This document shows, piece by piece, positions 48,322-58,776 of a DNA stretch of 64,000 bases. The notes under the pieces are model-generated. The model was not told the origin of the DNA. It saw nothing but the letters and a program-made list of their open reading frames with translations, and did not search any database. Location: IMG/VR virus record IMGVR_UViG_3300028533_000217, positions 34,307 through 98,306 of that record; one strand, written 5' to 3'. This stretch comes from a virus. Its lineage: Duplodnaviria > Caudoviricetes. A program made the position numbers and the translations under genes. Position 1 is the first letter of the stretch. Every line of letters starts with the position of its first letter.

Positions 48322-49566
48322 CTACCCTTCATAATCTGCAGGATATTTGATAAATAATCCATATTTAGTTCTTCCTATTTGTCTAGAGTTAACTTCTTTT
48401 ATTAATTGATGAATTTGTTCAATATATAAATCTATAGTTTGTTCTGATTGCATAACTCTTCTAGGATCAGTATGAATTGTTAACTTAGCATATTCTGCTA
48501 TATCTAATAAATCATATAATCTTTCTAATAGGAAAATTTTATCATCTACGGTATTGACTCTTTCTATTTCAGCTCTATATATAGCTAAGTCTTTAGGTAA
48601 TAGTTTTTTAACTTTACCTGAACCATCAAGTGCTCCACTAGGAGCTTTAGATTTTTCTCCACGCATTTTAGATAAAATGAAAGCCTCATTAATAACTTCA
48701 ACTTTTTCAACAAGTTTTTCTTTATCCTTTTTAAATACATGATCAGTTAATTCCCCTATTCTTTCTGCAAGATATGGAGAAGGAGTTGTCATCTTAATAG
48801 TTTTTAAAGCTTTCTTTAATCTATCTTTTCTATACTCTAGTTCTTTTATATTCACGATTAACCAGTCTATAGTCAATTCAATATCTTTATCTTCGTCTTT
48901 ACACGATCTTCTTACACGCTCACCATGCCCATTAGCGATAAGTTTACCTAATACATCAACTAGTTCCTGTCCATATCCCATTTTTAAAGCTAATTCATCT
49001 GCATGCTTCTCTTTCATTAAATTAACATTGAAGTGATTTGAGAATATCTGAAGCGTAACTATGTTAAATAACGTAACCATCATAGGTAGAACTTTTACTA
49101 ACTTTCTAGTTCTATTATCAAACTTTATAAATATATATTCTTTAGCTCTTTCAAATCTACAAACAACGTTATTAGAAGTTAATATATGTCCTATTTCATG
49201 TAATAATATAGCAGTAATTTCTCCAGCTGAAGCATTTATATTATGATCGTATAATAATCTAGAATCTATTTCTACGACATGCTCTCCTTTAGATATGCAT
49301 TCAACATGCAATCTTTCAACATCAGCCATAGTAGCATTAGCTTCTAATAACATTCTCGTAAGTTTATTTATCTCATCAGGTGAAGGATAAACACACATTC
49401 CAAAGAATTGACGTTTGTTATCTATTATAGATACTTTAACACTAACACCAAACTCTCTTTTAATTGAAGATTCAATTAATTTTAAGTTCTTTCCAATATT
49501 TTTCTCATGTTGGATATTCCTAAAACTTTCTTCTATGATTAAAAGAGATTCTTTTTTCATTATCAT
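48322..49566 (-). CDS. Zincin-like (HExxH) putative virion/head protein
   Basis: ILLHEIGH ... EKHADELA..MGYG. Confidence 0.65.
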   Translation of the reverse strand: MIMKKESLLIIEESFRNIQHEKNIGKNLKLIESSIKREFGVSVKVSIIDNKRQFFGMCVYPSPDEINKLTRMLLEANATMADVERLHVECISKGEHVVEIDSRLLYDHNINASAGEITAILLHEIGHILTSNNVVCRFERAKEYIFIKFDNRTRKLVKVLPMMVTLFNIVTLQIFSNHFNVNLMKEKHADELALKMGYGQELVDVLGKLIANGHGERVRRSCKDEDKDIELTIDWLIVNIKELEYRKDRLKKALKTIKMTTPSPYLAERIGELTDHVFKKDKEKLVEKVEVINEAFILSKMRGEKSKAPSGALDGSGKVKKLLPKDLAIYRAEIERVNTVDDKIFLLERLYDLLDIAEYAKLTIHTDPRRVMQSEQTIDLYIEQIHQLIKEVNSRQIGRTKYGLFIKYPADYEG

Positions 49567-49594
49567 AAGAACTCTCCTTTCTGTAAAAATATAA

Positions 49595-49637
49595 GAATTT
49601 CTAATACAATCTCGTTATAAGATTGTATTAGAAATTC
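49595..49637 (-). terminator. Terminator hairpin after the major capsid gene
   Basis: 18-bp inverted repeat gaatttctaatacaatct / agattgtattagaaattc. Confidence 0.7.
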
Positions 49638-49655
49638 ATTTATCAATAAGTTTTA

Positions 49656-51326
49656 TTATTCTCTAGCATCTATACCAAATTCATTATTTAAGAATGTCAT
49701 TCTAGCTTGAACTGGTAACATTTCAGTTGATAAGTATCTATGAGTACCCATGATGTTTGGAACTCTATCTACTTGTGGATGTCTATAAGTATTTTCTATA
49801 TTGAAAGAATATTTATAGTGTTTGAAAGTTATATGGTTAGCTGTAGTAGGATAAGCAACTATTCTTACTCCTATTTCTCTAGCACATTTTAATGATGATA
49901 AGAAATGTATTCTATTTCCTGACTCAGTCATTACACCAAATTTATAGTCTAATTGAACTCCACCTACTCTAGTATTTTGGTCTACTACCCATTTAACAGC
50001 ACTGTTAAATAATTCTATATTATCTGGATGTCCATAAGCAACGAACATTATTTCGTTAGTTTTTAATATATCTTTTAATTGAGATACTAACTTATTGAAT
50101 CTGAATTTTAATTCTTTTTCAATGTAGTCAGATTGAGTTAACATACCACTTGTAACGTTACAATCGAATACAGCAGTTTGAACAAATCCTTTATTATATC
50201 CATATGGAAGATCTTTTTTATCTATCCATCTATCTAAACTTGTTTCTAAGAAATCCATAGCACTAGAATCTTCGAATTGAGTTAAAGTAGTAGCTATGTC
50301 GTTTACTATTTCTGGAGTTATGTCTATGTTTGCCATAGCTTTCCAGTCTCTTATTTTTTCTATAGTAAGAGCAGTATTTATTCTTTCCCCTTCTGGTATT
50401 TCCCAAGTTTGTGGAGTTCTTTCTCTATCCATATCTAATGAGTTATCATTGAATTGGTTTGATATATGTCCTCCGAACTTAACAGAAACTAATTTTCCAT
50501 CTAAAGAAGAACAAGAAACTGTTCCATTGTAGAAGTCTACTCTACCTACTATTACTATTTTTTCCCCTTCATGTCTTACTTCTTTATAGAATACACCATC
50601 GTTTTCTATATCAGGTTTTATATTTAATCCTGGTACAACAACTTCTCCTGCTTCTCCATTGAATTTTATTTCTTCTATAGCTAAATCATATGCAAAAGAA
50701 TCTTGACCTTTTCTAACATTTCCAGCACCCATAGATGCAGACATTAAATCATATTCATCTAGTGGAGCTTCTATATGTTCAGCATATATTTTAGTTCCTT
50801 TTGCAGCATCAGAAGCTTCCTTATAAGATTTATCATAGAATATTTCAGGTATATAATATTTTTTACCATTTTTATCTTTTAAGAATTTTCTTTCGAAAGC
50901 AACTTTGATAACTGGAGCATCTGGAACTTCTGTCATCATTATGTCTTTAGCTATACATTCAAGCATATTTTTCTTGATTATAGGTAATGTATATCCAACA
51001 ACTGGAGATAATTGTGCAACACCATAAGCTTCGTTAACTATTTCAAATTTAGAGTTTTCTACTACTTGTTCTATTTTAGAAGGAAGTAAGTCTAAATATT
51101 TATCGCCTAATTGAGCATCAAATAAATCCCCTAATAACATTTCTTTGTATTGTTCAAATATAACATCGTCCTTATATATTCTTAAAGATTCTTCTATTGG
51201 GTCTAAACCAAAAGAACCTTTAAATGTTTCATTGATAGAAACTAATTGATTATTGAAATCTTCGTTTCTTGATTCCACAAATGATCCAACAACTCTTGTT
51301 GAATTTACTTCATTATATCTAGCCAT
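49656..51326 (-). CDS. Major capsid protein
   Basis: 556 aa; strong codon bias; two upstream late promoters; possible propeptide ending near VNEA; located between terminase and scaffold/protease genes. Confidence 0.75.
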   Translation of the reverse strand: MARYNEVNSTRVVGSFVESRNEDFNNQLVSINETFKGSFGLDPIEESLRIYKDDVIFEQYKEMLLGDLFDAQLGDKYLDLLPSKIEQVVENSKFEIVNEAYGVAQLSPVVGYTLPIIKKNMLECIAKDIMMTEVPDAPVIKVAFERKFLKDKNGKKYYIPEIFYDKSYKEASDAAKGTKIYAEHIEAPLDEYDLMSASMGAGNVRKGQDSFAYDLAIEEIKFNGEAGEVVVPGLNIKPDIENDGVFYKEVRHEGEKIVIVGRVDFYNGTVSCSSLDGKLVSVKFGGHISNQFNDNSLDMDRERTPQTWEIPEGERINTALTIEKIRDWKAMANIDITPEIVNDIATTLTQFEDSSAMDFLETSLDRWIDKKDLPYGYNKGFVQTAVFDCNVTSGMLTQSDYIEKELKFRFNKLVSQLKDILKTNEIMFVAYGHPDNIELFNSAVKWVVDQNTRVGGVQLDYKFGVMTESGNRIHFLSSLKCAREIGVRIVAYPTTANHITFKHYKYSFNIENTYRHPQVDRVPNIMGTHRYLSTEMLPVQARMTFLNNEFGIDARE

Positions 51327-51366
51327 TTACAAATACACTCCTTTGCGATTATTTTTAAATTAATAT

Positions 51367-51440
51367 TAAATAGTTGTTTCAAAAATTATGGTATTTATCG
51401 ATATTTTTATTACTCCTTATATACCACTTATTAGTTTGTT
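51367..51440 (-). promoter_or_regulatory. Two late promoters for the capsid gene
   Basis: AACA actatt TA (51367-51378) and AACA aactaa TA (51429-51440). Confidence 0.65.
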
Positions 51441-51460
51441 TTTCCTTTAAAATATTGGTA

Positions 51461-52060
51461 CTACTTTCTTTTCTTATTTAGCTTTTCTTTCCTATTAGAC
51501 TCCATTAAAGAACTCAATAACTCTATGTTAACATTTAATGCTTGTATAATTAAGTTAAATTGATATAAATTAGCAACATAACTTTCCTTAGCAAATTTAT
51601 GCGTAATATAGTCATAAGTAATTTCTTTTAATTTAGTCATATTTCGTCTAACGGCTAATATATTTGGATTATATCGTATATTGGTTTTACAATCTGTTCT
51701 TATCTGATTCATTATAGTGTCCATTCTTTTATATAATTCAATATAGTCGTTTATTAGATTTGCATTTTGTTTATCTTCATTAACGTTATTTTCGGCATTA
51801 TCTGATTGTTCTTCCTCTTGATCATCTTCAGAATCACTGCCTCCTTCTTCATCGGCTAACGGATCTTCGTCTGCAGGGTCTGCATCGTCTCCCTCTTCAT
51901 TTTCATCTGTGGGAGATTCTTCTTCAGCAGGATCTCCTTCCTCAACATCAACATCAGCTTCAGCATAATCTGTAGCTGCTAGCTCATCATCCATTTCAGC
52001 TTCATCATCACCAGGAGCTTCTAATATAATATCTTTCCAATCGAAATCGTTAAATTTCAT
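51461..52060 (-). CDS. Acidic scaffold-like head protein
   Basis: ILEA motif then a D/E-rich disordered region; adjacent to the capsid gene. Confidence 0.5.
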   Translation of the reverse strand: MKFNDFDWKDIILEAPGDDEAEMDDELAATDYAEADVDVEEGDPAEEESPTDENEEGDDADPADEDPLADEEGGSDSEDDQEEEQSDNAENNVNEDKQNANLINDYIELYKRMDTIMNQIRTDCKTNIRYNPNILAVRRNMTKLKEITYDYITHKFAKESYVANLYQFNLIIQALNVNIELLSSLMESNRKEKLNKKRK

Positions 52061-52074
52061 TATATTACCTCCTT

Positions 52075-53550
52075 TTAATAATAACGTAATCCATGTTTAA
52101 TACGCATTATTTCTTTTTCTAAATTTGCTTCTATTCTCATTAATTGGTATTTTTGTTCTCTAGCATTATCTCCTTTAGCATCTTCTATTTTTTCTCTAGT
52201 TATTTTTAATTCAGTCTCAAGTTCTAATAGTATTCTTTTCTTTTCTCTTTCTTCCGTATTTTTACTCAAAGCCCTAGCTGCTAATAACCCTATTATAGTA
52301 GTAGCTAATCCTAAAAGAGGAGCCTTAAGTGTGAATCCTGGAATTTTAAGTAAAGTTTGTTTAGGTAAATTCTTAACGGCAACTCCTGCAATAACCCAAC
52401 CGATTACAGTTTTAAGTGTTTTACCTAATTGAATAGACGTTTTACCTGTTATAAGTTTTTCTCTTTTGGCATCTTGTGTAAAATTTATAACCTGATCGAT
52501 TTTATTATTTATAGCACTAGATGCTCTATCATCAACAATTTTGGCTCCTCTTTTTATTTGAGCCATTTTAGAATCGGATTTAGATAATCCTCTTGCTTTA
52601 GCTGATGAATTATCTATAGCTTTAGTAACTTTCTCAGTTCCTTTTGTTATTATTCTAGAAGAAGCTTCTAAAGTAGATTCATATTCGCATATTGCTTCAG
52701 TCAATACATATAATTCAAAAAATTGGTTTATATCTATACCCTCTTCTATTTTATTAACGAAAATATCTTCTACAAGATAATTAAATTGGTTAACAGCCTT
52801 ATCATAAATAAATTCTTCAGCAGATTCATCCAAGTTATGCTTTACCATATGTTCTATCAAACTATTAATGTTATCTAATTCTTTTAGACTGTAATCTATA
52901 ACATCATCATTTTGAGTCTCTAGTAAGCTCTCTAACTTTTTATATAAATTATTAAGCTCACCATTGAAACTTTCTGTTGTATATTTATACTTATAAAGTA
53001 TAGCTGTATTGTAACCCTTAATAATATCCAGTCTCTCCTGGTTGTCTTTATTTTCAAGAACAGTTTGATTTATTTTTGATAATATGCCCATAACTTTTTT
53101 AGATTCGTTCGTTAATTGTAATTGTTCTATTTTATAATCAAAATTTTCTCTCATATATTCTACAATATCATCACATTCAAAATCTTGAATTATATAAGAC
53201 AGTGTATTTTCGTTTATACTCATAGTTTTTAAGTTATTGACCATATATATTTTATCTTCTAATGTATACTCAACATCATTATATGATTCAAAACACCCAT
53301 TCAACTTTTTGTCTATAATAGACTGAAAAACATCTTCAGGTATTCCAGATTGTCGAACTTTTGGTAACAATACTTCAGCAGCATGTCTTTCAACAGCTCT
53401 AGTAGTGTTATATTTATTACATACGTACCAATTAGCTAACCAATTTTCTGAAATAGAAGATTCTATTATAGTATTATCTAACAGTCTTGATATATTATTA
53501 TAGAAAAATTCAAAATTTTCTTCACTATTATAGAATTTATCCATATACAA
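52075..53550 (-). CDS. Putative internal head protein
   Basis: Multiple xxE-S/A motifs, hydrophobic helices and coiled coil; late promoter at 53580-53591. Confidence 0.5.
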   Translation of the reverse strand: MYMDKFYNSEENFEFFYNNISRLLDNTIIESSISENWLANWYVCNKYNTTRAVERHAAEVLLPKVRQSGIPEDVFQSIIDKKLNGCFESYNDVEYTLEDKIYMVNNLKTMSINENTLSYIIQDFECDDIVEYMRENFDYKIEQLQLTNESKKVMGILSKINQTVLENKDNQERLDIIKGYNTAILYKYKYTTESFNGELNNLYKKLESLLETQNDDVIDYSLKELDNINSLIEHMVKHNLDESAEEFIYDKAVNQFNYLVEDIFVNKIEEGIDINQFFELYVLTEAICEYESTLEASSRIITKGTEKVTKAIDNSSAKARGLSKSDSKMAQIKRGAKIVDDRASSAINNKIDQVINFTQDAKREKLITGKTSIQLGKTLKTVIGWVIAGVAVKNLPKQTLLKIPGFTLKAPLLGLATTIIGLLAARALSKNTEEREKKRILLELETELKITREKIEDAKGDNAREQKYQLMRIEANLEKEIMRIKHGLRYY

Positions 53551-53685
53551 CTTCTCCTTTCCCTTGTAAATTTCCTAATTACAAAATTGTTTTGGATAAT
53601 AAAAATAGAAGATAGCCTAGGCTATCTTCTATATCATATAAAAAAGGGGCTTTGGGAATATTATATATTTGTTATGTTGATGAAA

Positions 53686-54429
53686 TTATATAAAATAAAT
53701 ATTAGATAAATCTAAATGATATGTTTGTTCCCATTTCTCAATAAGAGCTCTCCTATCATCATCAGCATTACTCCATCTATCTATATTAAGACTTAATTGA
53801 CCATAAGCAGTGGATAGATTTTCATAATGTATTAAAGTGTTATATAAATAAGATTTAACATCTAAAGCTGCTAATTTTAAAAATGAACCGTAACAAGTAG
53901 CTGGTAATGTTGAAAGGTTCTCAGCATGTGATAAAGCCACTGATAATCTATAGTTATTACCCATAGCATAACCACTGAATATTTCTATCATATTCGGTGG
54001 TAGAAATTTAAAAGTAGAACCTTTAGAAGCTGCACTTAGCATATTCGCTTGTGCTTGTGCTAGCATTAATTCCTGATACCCGAATATACATGGAGTTACA
54101 CCATATGAAAACAACGACGTATTATAGTCATTTGAATATCTATCCTCATCAAAAATAGGTTCCATATGTGTTATCATCATGATATTAGCATCTCCAAATA
54201 CATCAGGTAGCATATACACAGTACTTTCAGCTCTTCTTTCTATCATAGTAAGATCATTAGTATCTATATGTAGAGGAACTATATATGGGTATAATTCATC
54301 AAACACGGGTAATGTTCTTACAACAATAACTTCTCTAATCATTTCATCGATATTTTCAAATGGAGTAGCCATAGCCATTAACCCCAACTCCATTTTTATA
54401 GATGAAATAAGTTTACTTATATTGATCAT
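53686..54429 (-). CDS. Putative head completion/neck protein
   Basis: Structural cluster; FLKLAALDVK.YLY pattern. Confidence 0.45.
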   Translation of the reverse strand: MINISKLISSIKMELGLMAMATPFENIDEMIREVIVVRTLPVFDELYPYIVPLHIDTNDLTMIERRAESTVYMLPDVFGDANIMMITHMEPIFDEDRYSNDYNTSLFSYGVTPCIFGYQELMLAQAQANMLSAASKGSTFKFLPPNMIEIFSGYAMGNNYRLSVALSHAENLSTLPATCYGSFLKLAALDVKSYLYNTLIHYENLSTAYGQLSLNIDRWSNADDDRRALIEKWEQTYHLDLSNIYFI

Positions 54430-54508
54430 ATTAATCCTCCTTTCATTTTATTATTAAATTGTCCAAAACAACAATTCGATAATAAAAATGAGCATGGAGG
54501 TATAATTC

Positions 54509-54730
54509 ATGAAAAAACCAGAATACATAGTTAAAGAAATATACGATAACGATCAAATTAAATACGGGGTTTATTATAATATTGAACCTGATAAGGTGCA
54601 AGAAAAAAGAAATGTTCCTTATATCGAATATGCTAATTTAGTAGTGATGTGTGTTGAAAGACAAAATGCTGAAGTAATATGTTTGACATTAAACCTGGAT
54701 CATGAAATATCAGAAAAAACAATACTGTAA
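54509..54730 (+). CDS. Hypothetical protein
   Basis: RBS ggagg; late promoter AACA attcga TA at 54470-54481. Confidence 0.6.
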   Translation: MKKPEYIVKEIYDNDQIKYGVYYNIEPDKVQEKRNVPYIEYANLVVMCVERQNAEVICLTLNLDHEISEKTIL

Positions 54731-54766
54731 GTACGAAAAAATAAATAAGAAAGGAGAAGATATTTA

Positions 54767-55612
54767 GTGATAGAAAAAAATGAAGTTATAGCACATGTTA
54801 TAATGGAACAGACTGCAGATCCTTGTGCAGTTAATGTAAGAGATTTCCATAAAAATGGAATGACATATGTAATATTTGAAACAGTATTTCAATCATTCGG
54901 TGTTAAAAACCGTAATAAAAGGATATATGATGGTGATGCTGTAATGGCTTCTTGGAATGCTCCTCATATACAAGAACTTATAAGAAAAGGTTCATTTGTA
55001 AGTGAGTATGGTCATCCTTTAGATCAATCTATGCATAGAGTAACACAAATAGATCCTACTAGAGTTTGTGGAAGAATAAATTCATATTATAGAGCAGGAA
55101 ACTTGTTAAAAGGAGAATTCGAAACTTTTGATGATGGTGCATGTGGTACTATGCTAACTAGAAGAATATTACAAGGTTTAGAACCAGCTTTCAGTGTAAG
55201 AATGTTAGCTAAATTATCAAGAACTAAAGATGGGACAATGTTAATGAATCAACCAGGACATTTAGTTACTGCAGATTGTGTTATACTACCATCGCATAAA
55301 GAAGCTTATAGAGATGACACTAAAGCTATGAATGTAGTACACAAAGCTATAGAAAGTGCAGGACCTGATATAACTGAAGAACAGTATAGGGATATGGTAT
55401 TTGCAGTTAACGAGTCTATGTTTATAGATTTCATACAAGAAGAATCAAACAATTTCAAATTAGTTAAGAGTGTTGAAGAAGTAATTGGTGATGGTATAAA
55501 ATTAACTAAAGATTTAAATAATATAATAATCAAAGAGGGTTCAGAAACATATTATATTAAAGTAGAAGATAAAATAAAATACGATATAAGAAATTTCATG
55601 AGTAAATTCTAG
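54767..55612 (+). CDS. Prohead core protease (T4 gp21-like)
   Basis: NRNKRIY, SEYGHP (His), AFSVR (Ser), TADCV..PSH. Confidence 0.88.
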   Translation: MIEKNEVIAHVIMEQTADPCAVNVRDFHKNGMTYVIFETVFQSFGVKNRNKRIYDGDAVMASWNAPHIQELIRKGSFVSEYGHPLDQSMHRVTQIDPTRVCGRINSYYRAGNLLKGEFETFDDGACGTMLTRRILQGLEPAFSVRMLAKLSRTKDGTMLMNQPGHLVTADCVILPSHKEAYRDDTKAMNVVHKAIESAGPDITEEQYRDMVFAVNESMFIDFIQEESNNFKLVKSVEEVIGDGIKLTKDLNNIIIKEGSETYYIKVEDKIKYDIRNFMSKF

Positions 55613-55623
55613 GAGGACTGGTA

Positions 55624-55896
55624 ATGAGAGATACAAACATTCGTTTATATAGTACAGTGTATATGAATAATTTGACTTATGAAGAAGCTATGGTTCATTG
55701 TAAAACAGGAGCTTATATAACTAGACCAGACTGGAATGGATTTCATTTCATAGAAAATGGTGTTTATAAAATAATGTTAAAAGAGGGAATCATATTGGAA
55801 AATCCTGTTGATATACAGGGAAAAGGTGATAATGACTGGTGTGTTGTAGACATAACACTGGAAGCTATACAAATAATGTTAAATGACGAAAAATAA
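55624..55896 (+). CDS. DUF2829-like small protein
   Basis: LTYEEAM..CKTGAYITRPDWNG...DI...DW. Confidence 0.55.
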   Translation: MRDTNIRLYSTVYMNNLTYEEAMVHCKTGAYITRPDWNGFHFIENGVYKIMLKEGIILENPVDIQGKGDNDWCVVDITLEAIQIMLNDEK

Positions 55897-55940
55897 ATTA
55901 GAATAGATATAGGTGCGAATCCTATATCTATTCTAATTTT

Positions 55941-57161
55941 TTATTCACTAACTTCGTTATTTATAATTAATCCAAACAATTCTTCCCAACTCATATCAAC
56001 ATTGGCAATTTTACCGGCACTAATTAAGGCTAATACTAAGCCATTTTTAATATTGTTTATTTCTTCCGTATTATTATTTAAATATGTGTTTATGTTATTC
56101 ACACTAGTTTGTATATTCGTTACACTCTCATTGCAATTACTTAATTCAACATCAAGTCGTTCTATAGAACTATTCAATTCTTCCGTTTGTTCTTCATGTG
56201 TTTTATTTAAGTCACTCACTTCAGTTTTTATATTATTAACCTCTACATTTATCTGTTCTACATCAGACTTAACATTATCCATCAACTCTCCATGTTCATC
56301 TACGGTATGTTGTACTGATTCTAATTGGTTTTCTAATACATCCATTTCTTCTTGAATTTGTCTAGTCAAATCAGATATCGACTGGTTAAAACCATTTTCC
56401 ATGTCTCCTGAAGAATCTTTTATTCCTGATAGTTCTTCACGTATATTCTTGATATCATTATTCAATTCTTCCGTTTGTTCTTCATGTGTTTTATTTAAGT
56501 CACTCACTTCAGTTTTTATATTATTAACCTCTACATTTATCTGTTCTACATCAGACTTAACATTATCTATCAACTCTCCATGTTCATCTACGGTGTGTTG
56601 TACTGATTCTAATTGGTTTTCTAATACATCTATACTATTATTATTAGTCAATATAGCATTAACATTTTTTTGAATTTTAGAATTAAACGTATTTACCGCA
56701 CTAGTCAATTCCCCTTGTGTGTTTTGTAGCAATTCTTTAATATTAGTTATTTCATTGCTCATAAATGATATATTACTTGCATTCACGGATGCTCTACTAT
56801 CAAGTTTTTGTATTTCATTATGATGAGCATTATCTAATATCGTGAGATCATCATTCAATTTAATTAAACTTGATTTCATTATATCTATATTTGAGTTTAT
56901 GATTACAACTTGATTTTCTAGAACTTTTATTAAACTATTTATTAAATTTAAATCATTTATAATTTCCCACGTCCCAGGTTCACCGGACATAACACACACC
57001 CAACCAAACACTCCATCTTTTTGAGTTGTTGATATAACGATATCCCCTACGAGATATGAACCTTCTACTGGGGGTTCATCTAAACACATCATCTTATGTT
57101 CAGCAAAATATTGACCTTCTTTACTACTTATATAAGTACGTCTTTCGAACATATTCCACAT
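55941..57161 (-). CDS. Coiled-coil fibre-like protein
   Basis: N-terminal G.Y.VGDIV...GWVC...G.PGTW module followed by long heptad repeats; late promoter at 57188-57199. Confidence 0.6.
   Translation of the reverse strand: MWNMFERRTYISSKEGQYFAEHKMMCLDEPPVEGSYLVGDIVISTTQKDGVFGWVCVMSGEPGTWEIINDLNLINSLIKVLENQVVIINSNIDIMKSSLIKLNDDLTILDNAHHNEIQKLDSRASVNASNISFMSNEITNIKELLQNTQGELTSAVNTFNSKIQKNVNAILTNNNSIDVLENQLESVQHTVDEHGELIDNVKSDVEQINVEVNNIKTEVSDLNKTHEEQTEELNNDIKNIREELSGIKDSSGDMENGFNQSISDLTRQIQEEMDVLENQLESVQHTVDEHGELMDNVKSDVEQINVEVNNIKTEVSDLNKTHEEQTEELNSSIERLDVELSNCNESVTNIQTSVNNINTYLNNNTEEINNIKNGLVLALISAGKIANVDMSWEELFGLIINNEVSE
56171..56630. repeat. 172-bp direct repeat (56171-56342 and 56459-56630) inside the fibre gene
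   Basis: Near-identical copies (2 mismatches) at an in-frame 288-bp offset. Confidence 0.9.
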
Positions 57162-57232
57162 CTCCTTTTCGCACTATTATATATTATTATCCGATTGTTT
57201 TAAATAGTTGATTAACACCATAAAGATGTCAA

Positions 57233-57445
57233 TCAACTATTTAATATATCAAGAATGTTTATTGGAATAATTAATTGATGTTCAAAGTTATCTGTAACCT
57301 CCATGATTGTTGTTTCTCCAGCTACCTTGGATATTAACTTACAATCCCCTTGAAATCCTTTTTCCATCAACATTGTGATTATATACTCTTTAGACCCTTC
57401 ATCTAAAATATCCCATATCATATTTTCATAAACTTTTATCTCCAT
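57233..57445 (-). CDS. Hypothetical protein
   Basis: ORF in operon. Confidence 0.5.
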   Translation of the reverse strand: MEIKVYENMIWDILDEGSKEYIITMLMEKGFQGDCKLISKVAGETTIMEVTDNFEHQLIIPINILDILNS

Positions 57446-57448
57446 GTT

Positions 57449-57685
57449 CTACACCCTTTCAAATTCTTTAACTGAATTCTTTGTATTAGTTATAACCCAT
57501 AGCACTCCTTCTTGTAATTTTAATCTGCTGTTTTTCATATTATAATTATTTTTGTTAAAAAATTCATCTAACCAATCTCTTTGTTTTTCATTAAGTTGAT
57601 CATATATATTTTTATTTTTAACAATACATTCATACTCCCCTAATGTAATAGGACACGAAAACAATTCTTTCTTCATTTCAGTCAC
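57449..57685 (-). CDS. Hypothetical protein
   Basis: ORF in operon. Confidence 0.5.
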   Translation of the reverse strand: MTEMKKELFSCPITLGEYECIVKNKNIYDQLNEKQRDWLDEFFNKNNYNMKNSRLKLQEGVLWVITNTKNSVKEFERV

Positions 57686-57688
57686 CTC

Positions 57689-58759
57689 TTAATTAATTTT
57701 CTGCTCTACTATTTTCATTATTTCATACACTTCTGTTAACCCTGGTTCATTAGCTAATCTAAAATAATTTTCTATCATCGTATTCATTTTAAATACGTTT
57801 AAATAACATCCTAAATAACATAGCATTTTTTCATTAGCAAAGTCACTACAACTCAATTTTTGCGATAATTCAAACCAATCTTGAATATAAACGCTTAAAG
57901 TATTTAATATCTCATCTGGCAATTCACAATATTCTTTAGGTAAAGTTATACTAACAAACTCTTCTTTTATTATATCTAGAAAATTTTCTACCTTTATATG
58001 TTGCTTTGGTATACTATTAACTATTTTTCTATACGCTACCAGACTGCAAGATCCTATAATAGAAGCTTTAACATCAGCTTTATAATTATTTATACAATGT
58101 TTTATATACTCTTCATTGGAAATAATATTGACAAAAGTTGTTCCGTTTGTTAATAAATTACTCCTATTATCTTCATCCAGCATGATTCGTATAAATATAT
58201 CATCTGCTATTATAATATCATTTAAAAGATTTGCAACTGAAACCATATTTTCTAATAATTCATCATACTCACTCATCAAAACTGCTATGTCTAGCAATTC
58301 ATCATATTTAAGACAAGAATTAATAAAATACATAAGTTCTTTAATAGAACAAGAAATTCTGACATTAACTAACCTACTATTTGGTTGTATATACGATAAC
58401 AATCCTTCAGGTAATTCGTATCTATCGGTTAATATTTCACCCCACGCATTAAATTGTTTTAATAACACTAAATATCTATCCATATCTTCTTTATTTGAAA
58501 AAGGTATTTCCTCATAATCGTTAGTCATTTCCACAAGTTCAACATTTATATCTTTCATAGATATTAACATTGTATATCTAATCATGTTTATACCGTTTAA
58601 TTGAAACGTAAAATTAAAATTATCTAAGTCATCCAATATATTTTTTATCCTATTATTTTCTTTATATGTTCTTTCGTTATTCAATAGCTCTCTGATCATT
58701 TGAATAATATCATAAAGCATTTCTTCAAAAATGTCACAATTCTCAATAACCATGTTCAT
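57689..58759 (-). CDS. Degenerate tandem ThyX-like protein
   Basis: FTFQLNGIN, YIQPNSRLVNVRISCSIKELMYFI and CSLVAYRKI...FKMNTMIENYFRL echo ThyX scaffold motifs twice; RHRxxS motif absent. Confidence 0.5.
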   Translation of the reverse strand: MNMVIENCDIFEEMLYDIIQMIRELLNNERTYKENNRIKNILDDLDNFNFTFQLNGINMIRYTMLISMKDINVELVEMTNDYEEIPFSNKEDMDRYLVLLKQFNAWGEILTDRYELPEGLLSYIQPNSRLVNVRISCSIKELMYFINSCLKYDELLDIAVLMSEYDELLENMVSVANLLNDIIIADDIFIRIMLDEDNRSNLLTNGTTFVNIISNEEYIKHCINNYKADVKASIIGSCSLVAYRKIVNSIPKQHIKVENFLDIIKEEFVSITLPKEYCELPDEILNTLSVYIQDWFELSQKLSCSDFANEKMLCYLGCYLNVFKMNTMIENYFRLANEPGLTEVYEIMKIVEQKIN

Positions 58760-58776
58760 CTATATTCACCTCTTAT

